Below, piece after piece: positions 19,045 through 28,569 of a DNA stretch of 64,000 nt (positions are counted from its first letter, which is position 1; the number at the start of each line of letters is the position of its first letter). The notes beneath the pieces were generated by a model. The model did not search any database and was not told where the DNA came from. It saw only the letters and a list, made by a program, of their open reading frames with translations. Position numbers and translations under genes: made by a program. The DNA is from an uncultured bacterium (GTDB lineage: Bacteria; CAYUVA01): positions 62,001 to 126,000 of the forward strand of contig CAYUVA010000001.1 of the NCBI GenBank assembly GCA_964448115.1, read 5' to 3'.

Positions 19045-19686
19045 CTAACGCCACCTGAAGATGAACTCGCAGTAGGGATCCCCGCCAGAGAGGACTTTAG
19101 GGCGCTCAAGGATTACATCCTTTACGCATTTATCGAAAAAAACAAGATCCCCTTCACAGAAAAGATGACCCAGATCAGGCTCGCCAACCAACTCAACCAG
19201 CCTTTGAAACTCACAGGAGACAACCTTGAAGCTAAACAGCTCTTGTTCCACCCTGAGATCATCGATGAGTGCATTGGGGAACTTGGCTACTATATCCTGC
19301 AGAAACTTATGCCTTTTGGTATGTGTCATTTGCAGGTATCTTGTGTGATCTAGGGGGGGCACTGCTGTATATAGAAAGAGTACCGATGAAACCTTGATTA
19401 TCTCCTCCATAATAGCCAAGGCTCTCTCCCTTCCTACCCGCCTGGTAAGAGCCTGAAAAAGCAATATTGCAGGCTTTGCTTGTTGCCGGGTCTTCTTCTC
19501 CCCGATAGTAGCTGGTGGAGGAAGCGAAACGAATGGCTCGCCGGCAGCGGATCTTCGCATAAGCTCATAAAACAAGCCGGGCATAGCGCCTAATCCAAGC
19601 GCCTTGTCGAGCTTATGCAAAGAGAATAGTGTTGAGCCTAATCGGAAGGTCAGAGGATTGAAGATCAACCTGCTTGAGAGACTCAC
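19045..19686 (-). CDS. L-2-amino-thiazoline-4-carboxylate hydrolase-like (V4R-fold) protein
   Basis: FKVVSC, LFCEGD, RPKVLSGGDPYCEF motif pattern; overlaps the nnr stop by 4 nt. Confidence 0.7.
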   Translation of the reverse strand: MSLSSRLIFNPLTFRLGSTLFSLHKLDKALGLGAMPGLFYELMRRSAAGEPFVSLPPPATIGEKKTRQQAKPAILLFQALTRRVGRERALAIMEEIIKVSSVLFLYTAVPPLDHTRYLQMTHTKRHKFLQDIVAKFPNALIDDLRVEQELFSFKVVSCEFQRLVELVGEPDLGHLFCEGDLVFFDKCVKDVILERPKVLSGGDPYCEFIFRWR

Positions 19687-21251
19687 AACAGTTCCTCCAA
19701 TCCTTCAGGCATGTACTCCAACAGATCGGTGGCGGTCATGGGGAGCTGTCCATAATCCTCCTCAGCAAGGTCGCCGAGATAGCCGTGCAGGTAAACACCG
19801 AATATAGCCGAGTCGAGAGCTGATATCCCCTGGGCGAGCAATCCAGCGATTATCCCAGTCAAGATATCCCCCATGCCACCCTTTGCCATGCCAGGATTGC
19901 CAGTTGGATTAAGGTAGCAATCGCCATCCGGGGATGCTATGAGCGTCTGAGCACCTTTGAGCACAAGGATGACTTGCTGGTTCTTTGCGTAATCACGGGC
20001 AACCTTAATCCGATTGGACTGGATCTCGGATACGGGCATGCCAGTCAGCCTTGCCATCTCCCCGGGATGAGGAGTCAAGATTAGGGGCGCTTTTTGGGGA
20101 TCAAGCCTCTCCCAGCGACGATTTATCAAATCATCAAGCTCACTAATGCAATTGAGACCATCCGCATCGACCACGGTCGGCAACTCAATTGTGCTTAACA
20201 CCTTCTCAACGAATCGCCGTACTGGTTCGCAGGCAGCGATGCCCGGTCCCAGAGCAAGGGCAGTGGCTCGATGCGCGGAATCTATGACCGCATCAGCCGA
20301 TTGCTCATCGAATGTCCCATCCTTGCCTTGGCTTACCGGAAGGGTCATCACCTCGGTTAGCTTTGACTCCAATATCGGATTCAATGCTTCTGGAACTGCA
20401 ACGGTAACCAGCCCGGTACCCATCATTGCTGCTGCCTCGGCGGTCATCACCGCAGCGCCGGTGAAGCCAGGGGAGCCGGCTGATATCAGTAGCCTACCAA
20501 AGTTCCCCTTATGGCTATCAGCGTGTCGCTTAGCAAGCAATCCCTTGAATTGTTCTTTCTCTACGATCTTTGCTTCGCAGCCAGATTCTGCGATGTACTG
20601 CGGGGGAATGCCGATGTCGATTATCACTAGCTCGCCGATGTGCCTTCGGTTAGGATAGCAGTAGTTTCCAACCTTGGGCAGGCCAAATGTGCAGGTAAGA
20701 TCAGCTTTTACATGAATCCCGATCGGGGATGGCAGATCAGCAGATAAACCAGAGGGAATATCTACCGCTACAACAGGTAGTCCACTGCTGTTTATAAGCT
20801 CGATTATATCCACATATCGACCTTTGATTGGCTGATCCAGTCCAGTGCCGAAGATGGCATCTACAATCAGGTCAAATCCACTGAAGTCATTGCTCGCTTT
20901 CTTTAGCTCGCTTGCTGTCTTGACGGTTGTCCATTCGCCACCAAGCTTGACATATATATCAAGGTTCCTCTTTGCGTCCTTTGAGATCCCATCAGGTTCA
21001 GAAAGTAAAAATACCTTAACGGTTGCTTTGCGCATGTAAAGATGCCTGGCGATGACTAGTCCATCACCGCCATTGTTCCCTTTGCCGCAGATGATGGCGA
21101 CCGAAAGCCCATTTGCTGGCGACCATCGCTCACAGATAGCATCGGTCATCCCTTTTCCTGCATTCTCCATCAGGATCAAGCCTTCAATCCCCAGATCTAC
21201 AATGGTTCTTTTGTCCAATGCCTGCATCTGATGGCTGTTCACCAGTTTCAT
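19683..21251 (-). CDS. nnr: Bifunctional NAD(P)H-hydrate epimerase/dehydratase
   Basis: LMENAG, CGKGNNGGDG, DAIFGTG, DSHKGNFG, LTPHPGEMARL, GGMGDILTG. Confidence 0.95.
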   Translation of the reverse strand: MKLVNSHQMQALDKRTIVDLGIEGLILMENAGKGMTDAICERWSPANGLSVAIICGKGNNGGDGLVIARHLYMRKATVKVFLLSEPDGISKDAKRNLDIYVKLGGEWTTVKTASELKKASNDFSGFDLIVDAIFGTGLDQPIKGRYVDIIELINSSGLPVVAVDIPSGLSADLPSPIGIHVKADLTCTFGLPKVGNYCYPNRRHIGELVIIDIGIPPQYIAESGCEAKIVEKEQFKGLLAKRHADSHKGNFGRLLISAGSPGFTGAAVMTAEAAAMMGTGLVTVAVPEALNPILESKLTEVMTLPVSQGKDGTFDEQSADAVIDSAHRATALALGPGIAACEPVRRFVEKVLSTIELPTVVDADGLNCISELDDLINRRWERLDPQKAPLILTPHPGEMARLTGMPVSEIQSNRIKVARDYAKNQQVILVLKGAQTLIASPDGDCYLNPTGNPGMAKGGMGDILTGIIAGLLAQGISALDSAIFGVYLHGYLGDLAEEDYGQLPMTATDLLEYMPEGLEELL

Positions 21252-21335
21252 ACCTTTTCTCCATTATATAAGTACTTAATGAACTAAACAGCACAAAGGA
21301 TAACCATTCTCGAAACTTAGATCAAAGTATTGTTC

Positions 21336-21364
21336 TTGACACGGTTTATGGATATCAATATTAT
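21336..21364 (+). promoter_or_regulatory. Sigma70 promoter
   Basis: TTGACA-N17-TATTAT, ending about 40 nt upstream of ATG 21404. Confidence 0.65.
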
Positions 21365-21403
21365 CAATGACACACTGCGCTATGCTGAGCATGTATTAAG
21401 AAG

Positions 21404-21985
21404 ATGAGAACAATAAAAAGATACTCCAACCGAAAGCTCTACGATACGGAAACCAGGCAGTATGTAACCTTGAATGACCTGGGCGAGATGTTGCACCATG
21501 GCATCGAGTTAATCGTGCTTGATAACGAGACTGGCGAGGACATCACCAATGCAACGCTAGCCAAGGTTCTAGTTCGCCATGAGGCTCAAAAAACCGAGAC
21601 CTTCGGGCTGGGAAGCATCAAAGGTCTGGTAGCTAAGGGGAGCGATAGCATAGTTGGCTATCTGCAACAACGAATCAAGGAGGGAGCTGATATAGCATCC
21701 TCTATCGAGGGCGAGATACGAAAGCAGATCAGAAAGATCATCGAAAAGGGAGAGATGACCGAGGATGATGCCGGGGCATTCTTGAGGGTGGTACAGAAGC
21801 GTCTTAATAGTACCCGCTCGGATGTTGAGACCGCGTTGGATGGACAGTACAAGAGCCTGCTTGGAAAGCTCAACCTGGCAAGTAAAGAAGATATTAAATC
21901 AATATCAAGCACCCTTGAGCAGGTAAAAGTAGAGCTTCAAAGCCTTAGAGAACGGATAGAAAAGCTGGAAAAAAGCAGGAATTAG
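21404..21985 (+). CDS. PHA-synthesis regulator DNA-binding domain fused to a phasin-like region
   Basis: IKRYSNRKLYDTETRQYVTL...TGEDIT (PhaR N-terminal domain); C-terminal KGEMT...LNLASKEDI phasin-like helices. Confidence 0.85.
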   Translation: MRTIKRYSNRKLYDTETRQYVTLNDLGEMLHHGIELIVLDNETGEDITNATLAKVLVRHEAQKTETFGLGSIKGLVAKGSDSIVGYLQQRIKEGADIASSIEGEIRKQIRKIIEKGEMTEDDAGAFLRVVQKRLNSTRSDVETALDGQYKSLLGKLNLASKEDIKSISSTLEQVKVELQSLRERIEKLEKSRN

Positions 21986-22106
21986 ATTATAATAATAAAG
22001 GGACGCTCATCATTTCCAAGGCTGCGGGCAGGCATTGAGCTTGACTAAGCCTATTGCTTGGTTGAACAGCCGTCGGTCTTGTGAGCGTCCCTGGTTCTTT
22101 ATTCTA

Positions 22107-23519
22107 TTATTTATTATTTTGGAAGGATAACCTCCTGGAAGATACGATGATCACAATACTAAGCAATAACACCAGCAGAATTGCTCCGATTGTGGTCATA
22201 CTAGGCAACGGTTCGCCGAGTTCACCTATGGCTCTTAGGCTGATGTCATAGGAATAGTTCAGCCATGCTGAACCGTTCGAGCTTATATAGGTCTCTCCAC
22301 TGGCTGAGCCATAGAAATCGACAGGGATCGGCGTGTCGCTTCCCGGTGTGTTATGCGTCCACTTGCACCAGATATAGAAGTCATCGCCTGGATTCATCTC
22401 AATCTCAGCGGGCAATGATATCTGGTGGTATCCTGCTTCAGCCATGTTGCCAGTTATGGCTGAGCCTAACTGATCGCTGAAGCTACCCCCGCTGTAGGTG
22501 CTGTAGATTCGAATCTCGTAATCGCAGTCATTATCCACTGTGCAGAACTCAATCTTCTGAAGTTTTATACTGCGATCGTTTATCTGGAACCTGGTAGCAC
22601 CGTAGGCGGTCTCGCTGTAATATCCGGTCCATGCAGTGAAACCAAGCTCATCGTTATAAAGCAGGCGATGGGATGAACCAAGTGGTGCCTCGTAGTCAGT
22701 AATGCGATAGCCCTCACAAGATGATGAGTCGCTGGCGATGTCGCAGGTGCCCATCTGGATATTTGCCCAGCCGGAGTTCCCCCAGCCAATACCCCAGCTA
22801 TTTTTGATCTTCCAGTGTCCATTACCCGAACAACCAGCATCATCGAAACCGACACATAGAACTGCATGAGCACCACAGGTAGCATCGGTCGAGGAGCAGA
22901 TGTGAGAACCAAGCCCGGATAGCTCGCTCGCCATCATGGTGATCACAATAGGTCCATCTCCATCAGAGAGTTCAGCCTTCAAAGTCGAATCTGAATATCC
23001 CTGCCCCAAGAATTGGTAGCCGCTTATGCGATACTGCGGTGTGCAATCAAAGCAGGAGCTTCTCTGCGACCAGTTCTGGCAGCTTTCTAGCATAGCGCCC
23101 TCGATAATCATCTGGTTAAGAGATACGACTATTGGTCCCGGCAAAGAGCAGTTATTGTGATAGCCGTTGCACATCAGGATGTTGGATTCCGAGTAATCCG
23201 GAGACCCCCCGACGAAGTGCTTGATTGTCGCCTCCATGCCTGCTATTGGTGAGAATATCCAGCAGGAGTTGCACGGATTCTGATCCCTTATCGCGGTGCA
23301 CCATGAGGTGTAATCGTAGGAAGCCTTGGAAGCACCTTTACTGCTTATAGGGGATAGTTTGATCTTAAACGGAAGCGGCTCGTAACCGAAAGACTGGGGA
23401 TCTTCGAGATATGCCTGGTAGGCTGGATTCATTGGGGGGAACGATATTTGGGGAGTCTGCGCCACTGCGACTGATGTGACCATGATTACTAACAGAAGGG
23501 GGAAATATCTTCTATTCAT
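22107..23519 (-). CDS. Secreted papain-family (C1) cysteine peptidase with an IPTL-CTERM-like sorting signal
   Basis: DQNPCNSCW, HAVLCVG, WKIKNSWG catalytic motifs; C-terminal LPSMTTIGAILL...TM...RR; RBS GGAGG. Confidence 0.88.
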   Translation of the reverse strand: MNRRYFPLLLVIMVTSVAVAQTPQISFPPMNPAYQAYLEDPQSFGYEPLPFKIKLSPISSKGASKASYDYTSWCTAIRDQNPCNSCWIFSPIAGMEATIKHFVGGSPDYSESNILMCNGYHNNCSLPGPIVVSLNQMIIEGAMLESCQNWSQRSSCFDCTPQYRISGYQFLGQGYSDSTLKAELSDGDGPIVITMMASELSGLGSHICSSTDATCGAHAVLCVGFDDAGCSGNGHWKIKNSWGIGWGNSGWANIQMGTCDIASDSSSCEGYRITDYEAPLGSSHRLLYNDELGFTAWTGYYSETAYGATRFQINDRSIKLQKIEFCTVDNDCDYEIRIYSTYSGGSFSDQLGSAITGNMAEAGYHQISLPAEIEMNPGDDFYIWCKWTHNTPGSDTPIPVDFYGSASGETYISSNGSAWLNYSYDISLRAIGELGEPLPSMTTIGAILLVLLLSIVIIVSSRRLSFQNNK

Positions 23520-23858
23520 TTAAAAAACCTCCTTTGAGGAAAGTTGACCTTTCTCTAGGCAAAGACAATATATTCACCTGCCTAATCATGGTTAGGTAAA
23601 AAGAATCTTCCGTAAAAGTCTGATGAAACCTTAATAAAATTTATAAAATATTTCAACCTTGAATCCTAACTACAGCAACTTTCATACCAGTACATTTTTC
23701 ATTGTTCATAGATAATAAACCTTTTATTTCAAGTAGTTAGAAAAACAAAAGCAAGCCTTTATTGGAAATATTCTTCATCCTTCCAAGTGAAAGACATAAT
23801 TTGTCATTTTCAATAAAAAGCTTGGACAAGCACAGGTTTTATTATACTATCGATTTGT

Positions 23859-25487
23859 ATGACTATGAAGTACGATGTTGCAGTCATAGGCGGTGGTGTG
23901 GTCGGCAGCGGAGTGGCGCGCGATGCCGCCTTGCGTGGCCTGAAGACCGTGCTAATCGAGAAGAAAGACCTGGCTGGCGGCACCACCGGCGCCTGCATGG
24001 GGATGATCCATGGCGGGGTCAGGTACCTGCTGTATGACTACAAGACCACCAAGTTATCCTGCATCGATGCTGGGTATATAGCCAATATGGCGCCATTTTT
24101 GATCTTTCGCATCCCCTTTCTCACACCCATCCTCAAGGGAGATCCCATACCGGTTGACATCTATGAGACCTTCTTCGAGGCTTACGATCGCTTTGTCCGC
24201 TTAAAAAGCGGCAAGAAGCACACCAGGCTCAACCGAGACGAGGCTTTGTTAATCGAGCCTGGCTTGTCAAGGCAAGTCAAAGCAGCGGTTACGCTCGATG
24301 AGTGGGGGATCGATGTCTTCAGGCTATGTGTATTGAATGCCTTGTCTGCTGCACAAGCTGGGGCGAGTATTCTCAACCATCACCAGGTCACCGAGCTGAT
24401 CAAAGATATGGGCGGTCGAATTATAGGGCTGAAGGCAAAGAACATGATTAATGGCTCTTTCCATGAGATCCGTTGCAAGATGGTGGTCAATGCAGCCGGT
24501 CCCTGGGCGCCGAAGATAGCGGATCTTGCCGGCACCAGTCTGAAGCTCCGCCCCGGCAAGGGGGTTAATATATTCTTCGAGAAGCGCCTCAGCAATGTCG
24601 CACTCACCGCAACCGCAATAGATGGAAGACAGATAGCGATGATACCGCATGAAAACTCGACCATGCTTGGCTGCACCGATGATGACTTCTACGATGACCT
24701 CGATAACCTGACCGTGAACCGAGATGAGATTGAATACCTGCTGCAAGGGATGGAGCGCGTGTTTCCCGCTATCAGGCAGGCGAGGATGATTAGAGCTATG
24801 GCAGGCGTCCGCCCTACTCTGTACAAGTGGGGTCCCAACGAGGACAAGCTTTCCCGTGAACACGAACTCTTCGATCACGAGAAGCTCGATGGCGCGCCCG
24901 GCTTCGTATCCATAGTCGGCGGCAAGCTGGCGACCTACCGCATAATGGCGCAGGATACAATCGATCTGGTATGCAGGAAGCTAGGTGTCGATGAAAGATG
25001 CACCACCCACCTGGTCAAGCTCCCCGGCGCGGAGACAAATGTCGATATCCAGGCGCTGGCAAAGAAATATAAGATATCGCTGTATGCGCTGAAACGGATG
25101 TTTTCAAGACACGGTGCTGGAATATTGGATATCCTTCAGATTATCGAGCAGGATCCCACAAACGCACAGATGATCTGTAATTGCGAGCCGGTGCTGAAAG
25201 CCGAGATCTTACATTGCATCAAGCACGAGTACGTTTTAACGCTCGATGATATAAGGAGAAGGACGCGGCTCGGCTGCGGTCCCTGCCAGGGGATGGGTTG
25301 CGCATACAAGGCAGGGATCATCCTCGGCGAGCAGCTTGGCTGGTCCTGGACCGAGATTAGGGATGAAATCAACAGATTCCTCCAGGAGCGCTGGAAGGGG
25401 AGGAGACCCGTGCTGCGGGGCGTTCAATTGAACCAGGAGCAACTTTATCGCCAGAGATACAAAAGGCTGGGGCTTATCGATGAATAG
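23859..25487 (+). CDS. glpA: Anaerobic glycerol-3-phosphate dehydrogenase subunit A
   Basis: GGGVVGSGVARDAALRG, IHGGVRYL, GGKLATYR, C-terminal ICNCE...RRTRLGCGPCQG. Confidence 0.92.
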   Translation: MTMKYDVAVIGGGVVGSGVARDAALRGLKTVLIEKKDLAGGTTGACMGMIHGGVRYLLYDYKTTKLSCIDAGYIANMAPFLIFRIPFLTPILKGDPIPVDIYETFFEAYDRFVRLKSGKKHTRLNRDEALLIEPGLSRQVKAAVTLDEWGIDVFRLCVLNALSAAQAGASILNHHQVTELIKDMGGRIIGLKAKNMINGSFHEIRCKMVVNAAGPWAPKIADLAGTSLKLRPGKGVNIFFEKRLSNVALTATAIDGRQIAMIPHENSTMLGCTDDDFYDDLDNLTVNRDEIEYLLQGMERVFPAIRQARMIRAMAGVRPTLYKWGPNEDKLSREHELFDHEKLDGAPGFVSIVGGKLATYRIMAQDTIDLVCRKLGVDERCTTHLVKLPGAETNVDIQALAKKYKISLYALKRMFSRHGAGILDILQIIEQDPTNAQMICNCEPVLKAEILHCIKHEYVLTLDDIRRRTRLGCGPCQGMGCAYKAGIILGEQLGWSWTEIRDEINRFLQERWKGRRPVLRGVQLNQEQLYRQRYKRLGLIDE

Positions 25488-26817
25488 GCTGAGGTACGAT
25501 ATCGCGGTGATCGGAGGCGGCATGGCAGGATTGGTCGCCTCGGCTCGACTGGCAGCGAAGGGTTACAAGGTCTGCTGTATCCGGAAAGGCTTGGGGGCGA
25601 CGGCAATGAGCTGCGGAAGCATCGATTTCTGCAAACCGGTTAGCCTCCCTGAAGGAAGCCTGGCTGATGATATGATCAACGAGATATCTTCAAATAAATC
25701 AAGCATTTATCGAAGGTTGCTTGCAAGGGAACTCCTGGATGACCACAAGGCGTTGAGCGCCTTCCTCGAAAAGATGGTCGATGAAATGGAATCTATGTTC
25801 GATGCCTGCGGATTGAGGATGAAAAGGGATGCCTACCTGCTCAATCGATTCGGCTTCATCGAATTCGCTCGCCTTGCCCACGCATCGCTTGCTGTGCCAA
25901 AGATAAAGGGTAATGACAAGAGACTACTGGTGATCGCCTCCTTTGCCGGCTTGGATGATTGGAATAAGCAGTTTGCCTTAAGACTAGATGAAGGGAACAG
26001 CTCAGTTGATCACAATCCGTTGGCCGACTTAGAGATCAGGGCTATTCAGATCGATCCTGGCTTACACACCGGAAGCAGGGGTGCCACCCCCATGCAATAT
26101 GCCCGCTTCCTGGAAACAAAGGACGGAATCTCAGGTTTGCTGCGCTCCCTGAAAGATGGTCGAGTTGAGAAAGGCTGCCTGCTCGCCCTGCCCAATTGCA
26201 TCGGAATCCAAGATACAGCTAGATTGCTGGATGAAATAGATAGCAAGCTGGGAGTTCGCAGCTTCGAGATGCTCGATCCCATCTCGCCGCTGGCTGGCTA
26301 CAAGCTACAGGCTGCGCTGGAAAGATGCGCCACCCTCAACGGGGTTGCCATAAAAGACGGTTGGGTCAAGGACAAGAGCTTCTCGGCTGATGGTAGGTTG
26401 TCATCGATAACTGTGTTTGGGGGAGAGCAGAGATTTACCATCGGCGCTGATCACTTCCTCCTGGCAACTGGCAGCTTCGTTGCATCGAATCTTGAGTTCA
26501 ACTCCCAATGTAGGGAAAGGATCTTCGGCTTAAGGCTGGTCGATTCTGCGGGTAATCTGCTCAAACCTTACATTGAGCAAGCGACCGAGCGCTTCTTCAA
26601 TCGAAGCCAGCCGATCTTCCAGGGCGGAATAGCAGTCAATAGTCGCTTGCAGCCCGTGGATGAGCATGGAGTCATCGTAGCGGAGAACCTTTTCGCCTGT
26701 GGTGGCACACTTGCCGGCATGGATCACCTAAGCAGGCGTATTGGTCTTGGTGCGACCTATTTGAGCGCCATTCGTGCTGCATCTATGATCGCTGACCATG
26801 GCTCCAAGGAAGAATGA
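25480..26817 (+). CDS. glpB: Anaerobic glycerol-3-phosphate dehydrogenase subunit B
   Basis: FAD motif IGGGMAG, GATAMSCGSID, LATGSF, ENLFACG; overlaps glpA. Confidence 0.85.
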   Translation: MNRLRYDIAVIGGGMAGLVASARLAAKGYKVCCIRKGLGATAMSCGSIDFCKPVSLPEGSLADDMINEISSNKSSIYRRLLARELLDDHKALSAFLEKMVDEMESMFDACGLRMKRDAYLLNRFGFIEFARLAHASLAVPKIKGNDKRLLVIASFAGLDDWNKQFALRLDEGNSSVDHNPLADLEIRAIQIDPGLHTGSRGATPMQYARFLETKDGISGLLRSLKDGRVEKGCLLALPNCIGIQDTARLLDEIDSKLGVRSFEMLDPISPLAGYKLQAALERCATLNGVAIKDGWVKDKSFSADGRLSSITVFGGEQRFTIGADHFLLATGSFVASNLEFNSQCRERIFGLRLVDSAGNLLKPYIEQATERFFNRSQPIFQGGIAVNSRLQPVDEHGVIVAENLFACGGTLAGMDHLSRRIGLGATYLSAIRAASMIADHGSKEE

Positions 26818-28013
26818 GGTACTTTTTTAAGTTCGCATTATCGATCGCTAACCTGGGCGCACACCTAGCATTGCACTTCTTATCTCGCCTGGTAAATCCC
26901 CGTTTGACAAGTGTTGACCAATCCGAGCGTTTCCTTGAGCTTTATCGAGCGGACCATATCTGGGCATTGGATGGTGATTGGGCAAAGCTGCGCTATAATG
27001 CCATGTCTTGTATCAATTGTAACCTGTGCGACCAGGTGTGCGAGAGCCTGCGAGTTGTATCACTCGATGAGTTTGACGGTCCAAGGGCGATCGCCTCGTC
27101 TGCGTTGCGCGATCTGCCTGATATATGGACTGCGGCTGAGTTTCTGCCCTATTGCCTGCGATGTGCGAGGTGCGAGATCGTTTGCCCCCAAGGAGTGCCG
27201 ATTGCTGACATGGTTAACCTGGCAATGCGAAAGAGCGTTGAGTTGCGAGGTCAGATCCTGGCTGAATTGCGTGCCAGTAAGCTCAAGAACATAAGCGATT
27301 ATAATAATATCCTAGGCGAGAGGGAGGCGGATTTCGGCTCTTATTTTAAGGAGAAAGCAGAATATGTAGTGATCCTCGGATGCCTATTTCGCACCCGGTT
27401 AGCTCCGATCGCAAGACAGGTATTGGCTACGCTTGAAGCTAGAAAGTTAGATTTCATGCTGGTCGATGAGGTCTGCTGCGGCGAGCAATTACAATCTCTA
27501 GGCATGGACAATCAATTCTGCTCGATAGATATGAGCATCAACGCATCTTTAACTCGAAGCGACCATAAAGTCATATTTCTATGTCCGCATTGCATGAAAG
27601 CATGGTCAAGAAGGATTGGAGAAAGGAACATACAGCTTGAGCTTCATTTCATCAACGAGTTTTTACCATTGGATGCAGCACCTGACACCGCTGCTTTCGA
27701 CACATATCATCTACATTCCTGCACGCTGCGCAGGCACTTCCCTTTGATCAATCCTTATTCCTCGAACCTTTCCCGATTGTCATCGGGACAAACCTCAAGC
27801 GTCCTTCTATGTTGCGGAGGCAATCTCGCGCTGGAGGGGAGTGAACTCTATCTTGGTGATCGAGTAGGGCGGCAGATCCTCGATGCCCTAAAATACAACG
27901 AGCAGAATGAGCCTATTACGCTTAACCTCGAATGTCCCGTCTGCTACTATACACTCTGCAAAGTCCAGATTGGAAGCTCTATCAGGTTATCCTACCTGGG
28001 ATTTCATGAGTAA
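26814..28013 (+). CDS. glpC: Fe-S oxidoreductase, GlpC-like
   Basis: Two CxxCxxCxxxC 4Fe-4S motifs and two CCG domains; translationally coupled to glpB. Confidence 0.75.
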   Translation: MRYFFKFALSIANLGAHLALHFLSRLVNPRLTSVDQSERFLELYRADHIWALDGDWAKLRYNAMSCINCNLCDQVCESLRVVSLDEFDGPRAIASSALRDLPDIWTAAEFLPYCLRCARCEIVCPQGVPIADMVNLAMRKSVELRGQILAELRASKLKNISDYNNILGEREADFGSYFKEKAEYVVILGCLFRTRLAPIARQVLATLEARKLDFMLVDEVCCGEQLQSLGMDNQFCSIDMSINASLTRSDHKVIFLCPHCMKAWSRRIGERNIQLELHFINEFLPLDAAPDTAAFDTYHLHSCTLRRHFPLINPYSSNLSRLSSGQTSSVLLCCGGNLALEGSELYLGDRVGRQILDALKYNEQNEPITLNLECPVCYYTLCKVQIGSSIRLSYLGFHE

Positions 28014-28157
28014 TGATAGCTGTAATATTGGACTAGTTTGATTGAAACTAACAATTGATTTGGATGCTTGGTGTTTCGGACAACGACTCGAATAAATATC
28101 TACTCCCGGCAGCGCTGGTATTTCCGCTTATCTGTCTTTTATATTTTCTTCTCATAA

Positions 28158-28490
28158 GTGTATATCTCAGCCCTGGCCGGAGTGATAGCCTTAGTATTCG
28201 GGCTTGTAACCAACCTCACGGTGTCTGGTATAAAGCAGAAAATCTCGATATTATATCAAGTATTTTATCTATTTTTATTAATTATAGCTATCCTCGAAAA
28301 GGAGTTCTTCAGAGTTGATAGAATAAGCCAGTCAATCACTTTTTGGGAGTTGGCAATTTACTATTATTTTATTGTTGGTTTTGTTTTTTTATTTTACGAG
28401 TGTCAAATAAATTTTTCCCCAAAAATCGCTGACCATCTCGGGATTATCTATAAAAACCCTCAAGATTTGGTTGCGGCTATGCTGCCTTAA
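28158..28490 (+). CDS. Possible small membrane protein or gene remnant
   Basis: AT-rich hydrophobic ORF with about 3 TM-like stretches; its 3' end runs into a dispersed repeat. Confidence 0.3.
   Translation: MYISALAGVIALVFGLVTNLTVSGIKQKISILYQVFYLFLLIIAILEKEFFRVDRISQSITFWELAIYYYFIVGFVFLFYECQINFSPKIADHLGIIYKNPQDLVAAMLP
28457..28489. repeat. Short dispersed repeat (TTGGTTGCGGCT family), copy 2
   Basis: 30/33 identical to 16809-16841. Confidence 0.75.
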
Positions 28491-28569
28491 GGAGTACCTG
28501 GAATATTCGAGCTGCTATTGATAAGATCTCAAGGAACAGTTCGATGCTTGTCTTGTGTAATGAGTAGCA

